This document shows, piece after piece, positions 9,485 through 17,384 of a DNA stretch of 46,428 nucleotides. Source of the DNA: Roseibacillus sp. (GTDB lineage: Bacteria; Verrucomicrobiota; Verrucomicrobiia; Verrucomicrobiales; Akkermansiaceae). The translations under genes were made by a program, and so were the position numbers. The notes below the pieces were generated by a model. The model saw nothing but the letters and a program-made list of their open reading frames with translations. It was not told the DNA's origin and did no database searches. Numbering within the stretch: the stretch's first letter is position 1; each line of letters begins with the position of its first letter. The stretch lies in NCBI GenBank assembly GCA_051251855.1, contig JBPOGI010000009.1, forward strand, positions 1-46,428, given 5' to 3'.

Positions 9485-10984
9485 TCAACGAAAGACCGGC
9501 GGACCATTTCCCGTCACCAAGAACTTGAGAACACTCATCTCCTGAACTCGTTCGCCTTTGACGAACACGCCATCAATCGACACCTCACTAATATGGTTCT
9601 TACCAGTGATCGATTGGAGTTGAGAACGAGATTTCAAATCTTGGAGATGGAGATTCTTAAATCTTACTCGCTGAATTCTCCCCCGCTGTGCCATGAGCTC
9701 CTTCTGTTCCTCAGAATTTAGCTGCTCAAGCGAAAGCCATTTCCCATATCGCATCGGAAATTCACGGCTTTTCCCTCGCTTAAAGCGCTTGGGCAAATCC
9801 CAGCTATATCGGGAAATCCCCACTTGCAGCTCGATCAGTTGCTCTCGGACATCTTCAAAGCGGAGATTCTTAAAAAGAATGTCCGAGACCACCGCCCGTC
9901 CCCCATTGTGGATACTCATCGCAGCCCCTTTCTCCACTCGGATGATGTCGTTGTCATGGAAATGAATCTGCCCAGTTTCTTGACTCCGTAGCTCAAAGCC
10001 AATTTCCAGCGCATTCCCCCACACCGTATTCCAAAAGACAGAGCGGGTAATTTCAATATCTTTGGTCGGCCACTCGTTCTCAGAATCATCGACGTAGCCT
10101 TTTACGGCAATGTTATCGTCCTTGGTATGGAAAAAGCACTGATCCACCAAGACCTCACGGGAGTTACAAATATCGAGTCCGTCGTCATTATCGCGATTCG
10201 AAAACACCTTTACATTCCTGATCCGCACATCCCGACATTTCACGGGTACAATAGTCCAGCCATAACTCCCAATGATCCCCACTCCATCGATGGACACCCT
10301 TTGGCACTCTTCAAAGCTCAGAAATCGACGCTTCTCCTCTCCGTCTTGCCGATGAGAGGAATCAAAAAAACCTGATCCCGTGATCGAGATATCAGACACG
10401 CCTTCAGCCCTCACCACTCCTCGGACGATCGCTCCCGGCTCGAGAAAAATTTGTTCCCCATCTGCCAGATGAATCTCTCCCGCATCATGAATTTTTCCAG
10501 AAGTAAATACGCGCGCTGAGGGCGACTTCACTCTCGCTCTCACCTCTATCGGATCATCAACAAAAAGGAGAATAGGATGACGGATATCCCCATCGAACTC
10601 AACACTCAATGAACCCGTCGTCGGAAGTTGAAATTTCACCACATTTCCCTGCAACCTTGCCTCAATCCCCCTCGCCAGTGGACGGACGACGACGCTCTTG
10701 GGTGACCGCTCCAACTCAATGGTCACCCAACTCCCGGGAGAGGCGGCAAACATGGAAAAATCCCCGTAGTCTGTCGTGAGTATGGCCAGCTCGGTCTCAT
10801 CAACTTTCAGCTGGCGACCTTCCGCTCGTGGAAACTCAGGAGCGAAAGGATAAGCCAGCACCTTCGCGCTTGAATGAGAGAACACACAAAGCCAGCACAG
10901 AAGTGCAATAGGAAGTCGAACCATGACCCATCTGGACGAACTATAATGAGCGACTCTTTCATGTAGAGTAAACTTTCGAAGCAC
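9485..10984 (-). CDS. Glycoside hydrolase family 28 / pectin-lyase-like beta-helix protein, exported
   Basis: FLEPGAIVRG, NDDGLDICNS, HTKDDNIAVK and NALEIG motifs. A signal-like segment follows MVRLP, so the true start may be near 10924. Confidence 0.8.
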   Translation of the reverse strand: MLRKFTLHERVAHYSSSRWVMVRLPIALLCWLCVFSHSSAKVLAYPFAPEFPRAEGRQLKVDETELAILTTDYGDFSMFAASPGSWVTIELERSPKSVVVRPLARGIEARLQGNVVKFQLPTTGSLSVEFDGDIRHPILLFVDDPIEVRARVKSPSARVFTSGKIHDAGEIHLADGEQIFLEPGAIVRGVVRAEGVSDISITGSGFFDSSHRQDGEEKRRFLSFEECQRVSIDGVGIIGSYGWTIVPVKCRDVRIRNVKVFSNRDNDDGLDICNSREVLVDQCFFHTKDDNIAVKGYVDDSENEWPTKDIEITRSVFWNTVWGNALEIGFELRSQETGQIHFHDNDIIRVEKGAAMSIHNGGRAVVSDILFKNLRFEDVREQLIELQVGISRYSWDLPKRFKRGKSREFPMRYGKWLSLEQLNSEEQKELMAQRGRIQRVRFKNLHLQDLKSRSQLQSITGKNHISEVSIDGVFVKGERVQEMSVLKFLVTGNGPPVFR

Positions 10985-11217
10985 AGGAACCCTTCACCTC
11001 TTTCAGCCGAAGACAGTAAAAGCAGTCCCCGAAGAACTCTTGGTTTGAATCATCAAATCGATTTCAGAATCTTCTAGAGGAACATCGCAAAGTCCTCCGA
11101 CCTCCTTCCAAATTCGAGAACACCAGAGCTCTCCAAGAGAATCTCACTTTTCGAGTATAGCTTCCGACACAGCATAAGGAGCGTCGAAGAATCCTCTATT
11201 CGTAAGGTTCTGAGAAT

Positions 11218-11277
11218 TGGTAGCACTGGGCAGATTTGAACTGCCGACCAACCCCGACGAGTCGGGGCTGCTCTACC
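11218..11277 (-). pseudogene. Partial tRNA copy (D-loop to CCA) with the anticodon arm replaced by the hairpin CCCCGACTCGTCGGGG
   Basis: 11218-11251 is identical (34 bp) to 11525-11558, and 11268-11277 is identical (10 bp) to 11574-11583. The 15 nt between them in the tRNA are replaced by a 16-nt inverted repeat. The 5' acceptor strand is missing. Confidence 0.9.
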
Positions 11278-11515
11278 CTTCGAGACACGTGATTGCCTTG
11301 CCTGGATTTTTCCAAGACTTCAGCTTCTTCTCCACGGCGAACGCTTCAACCTTGGTCGAAAACTCTTTGGTCACGACTACTTCCAGCGGTAAGCCCAATC
11401 GTTTCGTCGAGTGAACACCCCCACTTTGATGCTTCTTGAGGCGTTGCTCAAAGTTTTCCGTCGCTCCAATATAGTAGCGACCGGACTGCCCCTTCAAAAT
11501 GTAAACAACAGCCAT
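11273..11515 (-). CDS. Stand-alone GIY-YIG nuclease (80 aa, YhbQ/UPF0213/Slx1-like)
   Basis: [16 protein letters not shown] (GIY...YIG), RLKKH (conserved Arg/His), STKR and [10 protein letters not shown] (metal-binding Glu). Confidence 0.92.
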   Translation of the reverse strand: MAVVYILKGQSGRYYIGATENFEQRLKKHQSGGVHSTKRLGLPLEVVVTKEFSTKVEAFAVEKKLKSWKNPGKAITCLEG

Positions 11516-11524
11516 TTAAAAAGA

Positions 11525-11599
<75 letters not shown>

Positions 11600-11619
11600 A
11601 TTTACCCGTAGGGGCAGGC

Positions 11620-11648
11620 GGAATACTTGATATCGGCGCATCTGTCTA
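11620..11648 (-). promoter_or_regulatory. Putative sigma70 promoter of the tRNA
   Basis: TAGACA-17 bp-TATTCC, 20 nt upstream of the tRNA 5' end. Confidence 0.5.
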
Positions 11649-11727
11649 TGGAAAAAGCACCCTTTTCGAGTCTGCCGGAAATAACACTCGCCAGCTTGCT
11701 CTTGAATGTCCAAGGTCCGCCTTCGCG

Positions 11728-12873
11728 ATGCGCAAAAAAGCTCTTTTGGCACTTGAAGACGGGCGGACTTTCCAAGGAACCGCCTTTGGACACGATGGGA
11801 CAACCACCGGCGAGGTTTGCTTTAATACCTCCATGACCGGTTATCAGGAAATTTTGACCGATCCCTCCTACCGAGGACAAATCGTGACGATGACCTACCC
11901 TCAAATCGGAAACTACGGCGTCAATCCCGAGGATGCAGAATCTGACCAAGTTCAAGTTCGCGGCTTCGTTGTTGGCGAGCTCTGCGACATCCCTTCCAGC
12001 TGGCGCTCTACTCAAAGTCTCAGCGACTATCTTTCGGAACATAAGGTTCTCGGAATCGACGACATCGACACCCGTGCCCTGACTAAGCATCTTCGCTCAG
12101 CGGGCGCCATGCGCTCTTGTCTGACCTCCGAACTTTCCGAAGACGAGGCCGTCAAAGCCGCGCAAGAATCCGACTCCATGCTTGGAGCTGACTTCGTAAA
12201 AGAAGTCACCACTGCCAAGCCCTATCACTGGGAAGGCGAGTCTCGCCCTTGGACCATCCCCTCCGTTTCTCAAGGCATCGAGGGCAACTACCTTCCCCTT
12301 GCTGAAGCCAAATACAAGATCGTCGCCTACGACTTTGGCATCAAACGCAACATCCTGCGCCGTCTCCGCCAAGAAGGCTTCGACGTCACCGTCGTTCCTG
12401 CCACAACCTCCGCCAAAGAGGTCCTCGCCATGAATCCCGAAGGCGTCTTCCTCTCCAACGGCCCCGGCGACCCCGCTTCTCTCGACTACGTCCATGCCGA
12501 AGTGCGCGAACTGATTGGCCGCACCCCTCTCTTCGGAATCTGCCTCGGTCACCAACTCCTCACTCACGCCTGTGGCGGAAAGACCTACAAACTCAAGTTC
12601 GGTCACCGTGGCGGCAACCAGCCCGTGCAAGATTTGCGCACCGGCAAAGTCGAAATCACGGCCCAGAACCACGGCTTTGCTACCGATGGCGAAAATCTCC
12701 CCGCAGACACCGAGGTCACTCACATCAACCTGAATGACCGCACTGTAGAAGGCACTCGCTCGACCAAAGACCCCGTCTTCTCCGTTCAGCATCACCCCGA
12801 AGCCGCTCCTGGCCCCAACGACTCCAAAGAATTCTTCGTCGATTTCGCGAAGATGATCGAATCCGTTCGTTAA
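11728..12873 (+). CDS. carA: Carbamoyl-phosphate synthase small subunit
   Basis: [37 protein letters not shown] and HPEAAPGP. Confidence 0.98.
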   Translation: MRKKALLALEDGRTFQGTAFGHDGTTTGEVCFNTSMTGYQEILTDPSYRGQIVTMTYPQIGNYGVNPEDAESDQVQVRGFVVGELCDIPSSWRSTQSLSDYLSEHKVLGIDDIDTRALTKHLRSAGAMRSCLTSELSEDEAVKAAQESDSMLGADFVKEVTTAKPYHWEGESRPWTIPSVSQGIEGNYLPLAEAKYKIVAYDFGIKRNILRRLRQEGFDVTVVPATTSAKEVLAMNPEGVFLSNGPGDPASLDYVHAEVRELIGRTPLFGICLGHQLLTHACGGKTYKLKFGHRGGNQPVQDLRTGKVEITAQNHGFATDGENLPADTEVTHINLNDRTVEGTRSTKDPVFSVQHHPEAAPGPNDSKEFFVDFAKMIESVR

Positions 12874-12935
12874 GTTGGTTCTTCGCTCGCATTTTGCAGT
12901 CCGGCCCCCGAGCGGGTTCGTGTTAGCCTCCTGCC

Positions 12936-13628
12936 ATGGCCCAAGGCTTTCCAGAGACACGGTGGACCCTTATCCAAAAGGTGCGCACCGAGGCTTCTTC
13001 GACCGAAGCTCTCGAAGAATGGTGCCAAAACTACTGGCCCCCCGTCTTCTCCTACGTTTGCGCCCAAGGCTACGATAGCGAAATGGCGCGGGAATTGACC
13101 CAGACTTTCTTCGAGCGCCTCCTCAGCAAGGGTCCTGAAAAGGTTCTTCCCAACCACCTTTCTGGAGCCTTCCGAGCCTACCTGATGCGTTCGGTGAAGA
13201 ACTTTCTCACCGACCATTGGCGGAGCCAGCAATCGAAACGTAAGGGCGGCGGAACCCATACTGTCCCCGAGGAACAACTCGAAAACATCGGAGACCAGTC
13301 CGCCCATCCCGACCGTGCCTTTGACCAAAGCTGGGCCCTCACCATTCTCAATCTTGCGATGCAAAATTTAGAAAACGAAATGGCCTCCAAGGGTCGCAGC
13401 GACTTTTTTCATGCCGCAAAATCACTCCTTGATGGTCGCTCCGTCACCGACGAAGACCGGCAAGCCCTTGCCCAATCGTTGGACATGCAAGATGGAGCCT
13501 TCCGCGTGGCACTTCACCGATTGCGAGGCCGCTTTCGTCAGCTCATCGAAGCCGAAGTGCGCGAAACCGTTTCGTCGGAAGAAGAATTTCAGGAAGAACT
13601 TGGTTATCTCTTCAGCGTTTGGTCGTGA
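12936..13628 (+). CDS. ECF-type sigma-70 factor of the kinase-associated PVC type
   Basis: FPETRWTLI N-terminus; region 2 YWPPVFSY...ARELTQTFF...FRAYL; region 4 LAQSLDMQDGAFRVALHRLRGRF; directly followed by a Hanks kinase. Confidence 0.88.
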   Translation: MAQGFPETRWTLIQKVRTEASSTEALEEWCQNYWPPVFSYVCAQGYDSEMARELTQTFFERLLSKGPEKVLPNHLSGAFRAYLMRSVKNFLTDHWRSQQSKRKGGGTHTVPEEQLENIGDQSAHPDRAFDQSWALTILNLAMQNLENEMASKGRSDFFHAAKSLLDGRSVTDEDRQALAQSLDMQDGAFRVALHRLRGRFRQLIEAEVRETVSSEEEFQEELGYLFSVWS

Positions 13629-13640
13629 ATAGAAAATAAG

Positions 13641-16274
13641 ATGAAGAACCCTTGCAGCGAATGCGGCCAACCCATCCCGAAGGAAAGCCCCTTCGGGGTC
13701 TGTCCGCAGTGCTGCTTCGCGACCCTTCCCAAAGACGAAGACCAGCTCATCGAAGGCATTGAGCTCGGTGAAAAAATTGGGGAAGGCACCTTCGGCGAAG
13801 TCTATGCCGGTATTCTCCTTGATGGCACTCTCTCAGAAGTCGCAGTCAAAATTTTGCGCGAGTCCCACCTCGAACGCGCGCGGTTCATGGAAGAGATGCA
13901 AATTGTCTCCATGCTTTCTCACCCCCATATTGCACAGCTCAAGACCTCAGGCGAAACCCGCGATGGCCGCCCCTACTATGCCATGGAGTTCATTGATGGC
14001 TCACCCATTCATCAGGCCGAGGTCTCTCCCCTGCCCGTCATGATCCAGCTCGCTGAAGCCATGGCCCACGCGCATCAGAACGGCATCATTCACCGCGACC
14101 TCAAGCCATCTAACATTCTGGTCACTCAGGACGGCACAGTCAAAGTCATCGACTTCGGCATCGCACGCGTCTTCTCAGGCCCCCTCGCCGTCGGTCATCA
14201 ACCGACCCAGAACCTGCGCTTGGGCACCCTGCCTTACATGAGCCCCGAACAACTAGAGGGCGCCCCCCGCATCGACACCCTCTCCGACATCTACGCTCTC
14301 GGACTCATTTTCTACGAGCTTTGTCTCGGCCAACCGGTCTTAGAAAAAGTGGTCACTCCCGCAAATTCTTGGTCCAAAAACGAACGCCTACTTCGCGACT
14401 TCACCTTTCCCCGTCTCGGCTCCAAAGAATGGAGCTGGGTGGCGGCCAAAGCCTGCGCCTACGACCGCCAAGAGCGTTACCAAACCGCCGAGGCTCTCCT
14501 CACAGACCTACGAGCCATCGAAAGCGGAACGATGGTGACCGCTGGCAAGAACGACCGCTTCTACCGAATTCAAAAGTTTAGCCGTAAATACCGGACCGCC
14601 ATCCTCGCGATTACAGGAGCAATGGCTTTCCTCGCTACAGTAGCGTTTATGGGTGTCCAAATGGCAACCAGAGAACACGAAGCTTCTACTGAAATTCGCG
14701 AGGCCATGGTCAAGCGAGAGAAGGCCGAAACTGCGACTCGCATCGCCGCCTCCGATGCTCGACTAGGGGAGGCCAATCTCGCGCTCAGTCGCAATGAAGG
14801 CGCCAAGGCTTTGCAAATTGTTGATTTGGCCTTGGAGCTGAATCCCGAGAACGAACAAGCCATCTACTTTCGTAACTTCCTTCTCGCCACTCGGTCCTTC
14901 GCGAATCCCCTGCCCTCGCCCGAGCTGTCCCTGAAGGTCGCAAAGGTCGAATTGCACCCTGAAGGGTTCCTAGCGACTTCCACTCAAAACAAGACCGCAA
15001 TAATCCCCCTAACAACCCAAAGCTCAAATCCCCCCCCGAAAGACGTGCTAGTCCATAATGATGAGCGAGGCCTCCTGACCTTCACGAGTCGCACAACGGG
15101 CGAGAGTTTACTGGACCCGTTAGTCTACGGCTCTGGATTTGAGCAAGCCTGCTACTCTTCAGCTCACAGCACGGTGGCAGCAACCACCGCCGAGGGCGGA
15201 CTGAGACTTTGGGACGTCTCCCAGCTGAGTCCCCCTTGCGACACCGTAAAGGTCTCTCCCCAAATCACCTGGCTGACCTTCGAGCGAGGAAAGGACACCC
15301 TTTGGCTCTTAGATTATAAGGCCGGTCTTCGCTGGTGGCCCTCTTCTCTGAAGCCTATCCGGCTCGGTAAGGTGGAAGGATTCGAAGACCAGTTTTTCGA
15401 AAAAGTGACCTTGGACGAGCGCCGCGAGTACCTCTGGACCTTTTGGCAAGGCGGCAATCAACGGGGTCTGGCCGGCAGCAAGAAAGAATCTTTCCAAGCC
15501 ATGCTCGCTGTCGATAGGCACACGAAAAAGCATCGCTCCTCAGTGATGATCTCGACCATGGCCCGCAATCAGGATGTCGTCGTCTTTGCTGATTCAGCAG
15601 GATGGATCGGGATACGCAATTCGAAGGGGGGCTATGACTTCTTACCTGAACCTAGACTACCCGTCCGCAGGTTGACTCTCTCTTCAGAAGGAGAGTTGGG
15701 CGCGATTGTCTTTGAAAATGGAGAGGTAGCAACCTTTAGCCCTGCCTCGCAGAGGTATCTTTCTCGCTGGAAGCCTGCGGTTGCCTTACGTAGTCTCGCA
15801 CTGTTAGATTCCGGAGACCTTCTCATTGCAGGAGATACGGAAGGAAGAATCCACCTTTACGATCCCCTCACCGGAGAAAAAATAGCACCAAGCATCACAA
15901 CACCTGCTCTTGATACAGAGGTCATGGCCGTTCCACATCGGAATGAATTTCTAACGTGCTCTGCTGACGACCTTCACATCAAGCGATGGAACGCGCGCAC
16001 CGGTGAACTCTTGCACTCGGGAATGCGCCATCGCGACGGAGTCTTATGGTTTTCTTGCTCATTGGACGGACAGTTTCTCTTCTCTATTGACCAAAAAGAG
16101 CCCTCCCCCACAAGGAGCGCTCTCCGCGTTTGGTCGCTTCGCACGGGACAAGAAATCGTGCCCCCCCTCGAGCATGACTCCCCCATCAACTGCGCCACGA
16201 TTTACGAAAACGGCCGCAAGATTGCCACCGCGAGTGCCGATGGCAAGGTGCGGCGGTGGACGATTGAGCACTAA
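13641..16274 (+). CDS. Ser/Thr protein kinase with N-terminal Cys motif, one TM segment and C-terminal WD40 repeats
   Basis: CSEC...CPQC, GEGTFGEVY, VAVK, HRDLKPSN, DFG, GTLPYMSPE and DIYALG; WD-like repeats such as LRLWD and IATASADGKVRRW. Confidence 0.93.
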   Translation: MKNPCSECGQPIPKESPFGVCPQCCFATLPKDEDQLIEGIELGEKIGEGTFGEVYAGILLDGTLSEVAVKILRESHLERARFMEEMQIVSMLSHPHIAQLKTSGETRDGRPYYAMEFIDGSPIHQAEVSPLPVMIQLAEAMAHAHQNGIIHRDLKPSNILVTQDGTVKVIDFGIARVFSGPLAVGHQPTQNLRLGTLPYMSPEQLEGAPRIDTLSDIYALGLIFYELCLGQPVLEKVVTPANSWSKNERLLRDFTFPRLGSKEWSWVAAKACAYDRQERYQTAEALLTDLRAIESGTMVTAGKNDRFYRIQKFSRKYRTAILAITGAMAFLATVAFMGVQMATREHEASTEIREAMVKREKAETATRIAASDARLGEANLALSRNEGAKALQIVDLALELNPENEQAIYFRNFLLATRSFANPLPSPELSLKVAKVELHPEGFLATSTQNKTAIIPLTTQSSNPPPKDVLVHNDERGLLTFTSRTTGESLLDPLVYGSGFEQACYSSAHSTVAATTAEGGLRLWDVSQLSPPCDTVKVSPQITWLTFERGKDTLWLLDYKAGLRWWPSSLKPIRLGKVEGFEDQFFEKVTLDERREYLWTFWQGGNQRGLAGSKKESFQAMLAVDRHTKKHRSSVMISTMARNQDVVVFADSAGWIGIRNSKGGYDFLPEPRLPVRRLTLSSEGELGAIVFENGEVATFSPASQRYLSRWKPAVALRSLALLDSGDLLIAGDTEGRIHLYDPLTGEKIAPSITTPALDTEVMAVPHRNEFLTCSADDLHIKRWNARTGELLHSGMRHRDGVLWFSCSLDGQFLFSIDQKEPSPTRSALRVWSLRTGQEIVPPLEHDSPINCATIYENGRKIATASADGKVRRWTIEH

Positions 16275-16283
16275 TCCACCCCC

Positions 16284-17309
16284 TCAAGGCAAGCTGCTCA
16301 CAAATCGGAAAAAGCGACGCCCAACACTCGCTTTCGGGACCACCACATCCCCGGTCCATCCTTGAGGAATCGGGTCAAATCCAGATACCGGCAACCAACC
16401 TGTTGGGGACAGATCTGCGCTCGCCTCCAGCGTCACTGGATGCCGAGTCGTTCCCGAGAGAGGGAACACCATCGCTTCCCCTACCGCATCCCAAACAGGT
16501 ATGGGAACTTGCTCCGATGCGCCCGCAGCATACCCCAACGCCCACGAAATCCCGTCGGCTACTCCGTCGCCATCGGCATCAGCATCAAAGGCGAGCCCCA
16601 AGCCAGCCTCCGGCGCGTTCGCTGCCGCCCACTCGTAGAACGGATGCAGGTAGTCCAACACAAATCCCTGAGCAGTCACCGTCCCCGTCGTCACAGTGGT
16701 GACTGTAATTTCGCCCTCAGTTTGGATTGCCGTCGAATCGAGGTTCAAACTGAAACAAACAGGATATTGCTCAACGATGGGCAGATTCGTGATCGTCGAG
16801 TCCAGAGCCACAGCAGAACCGAGCGAGATGGAACCCACATCTACTCCAGCGGCATCAAATGGATCTTCTGAAATCTGATTTTTGGAGTATCCAAACGCGC
16901 CATCAGCTTCAATGCAGCCATCATCAAAGCGAAAGACATGCTGCGGCGCAGAAAAAGTCCCCGCAGACACGAGCACTTCCTCACCCAGTGGCGAAATTGG
17001 AATCGCAGTGGCTCCGATAAAATCGACTGTTTGCGCCGTCCCCGGAAAAAGCTCAAAGAAAAAACTGACATCGGAAGCACTCACCACCCCTCCCGTCATT
17101 TCAAAGGCCGAGACTTCCCCGCTCACAATCTCCAAAGCGACTTCAATCGTCCCTGTATAGGTAGTGGTCTGGCTATCGAACACGATGCTGTTGATATCGG
17201 ACGCAAAGAGAATCGCGTTCTGCCCCGCCCCCTCGTCCAGAACTAAAGTCGCCGGCACGCCGAGCACGCCCCTCGCGGCTACCAATGAGATAAGAAGCGC
17301 CTTTTTCAC
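16284..17309 (-). CDS. Exported hypothetical protein with a DxDxDG motif and a Verrucomicrobia-type C-terminal domain
   Basis: Likely GTG start (VKKALLISL signal peptide; the ORF track extends to 17345); DADADGDGVADGISWALG; LEASADLSPTGW...RRFFRF. Confidence 0.78.
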   Translation of the reverse strand: MKKALLISLVAARGVLGVPATLVLDEGAGQNAILFASDINSIVFDSQTTTYTGTIEVALEIVSGEVSAFEMTGGVVSASDVSFFFELFPGTAQTVDFIGATAIPISPLGEEVLVSAGTFSAPQHVFRFDDGCIEADGAFGYSKNQISEDPFDAAGVDVGSISLGSAVALDSTITNLPIVEQYPVCFSLNLDSTAIQTEGEITVTTVTTGTVTAQGFVLDYLHPFYEWAAANAPEAGLGLAFDADADGDGVADGISWALGYAAGASEQVPIPVWDAVGEAMVFPLSGTTRHPVTLEASADLSPTGWLPVSGFDPIPQGWTGDVVVPKASVGRRFFRFVSSLP

Positions 17310-17384
17310 CTCCCTTTTGATATCATGATGAAAGAAAATATACAATCTCTGTAACGCACGCCCAAGAAAGGTCGTGAACCTCGG

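Larger units (their letters stand above)
11218..11524 (-). mobile_element. Putative 307-bp tRNA-associated GIY-YIG mini-element
   Basis: Direct repeat of the tRNA 3' part with a 307-bp period, enclosing only a nuclease ORF. Mobility is inferred. Confidence 0.55.

Noticed and set aside
9285..9488. 67-aa and 73-aa ORFs between the small hypothetical gene and the GH28 gene
   Set aside because: No recognisable motifs and atypical codon usage; cannot be supported as genes.
11217..11414. 65-aa plus-strand [14 protein letters not shown]...
   Set aside because: It is the translation of the tRNA reverse complement and the antisense of the GIY-YIG gene.
11728..12873. carA without adjacent carB
   Set aside because: Split carA/carB arrangements are common in bacteria and not informative here.
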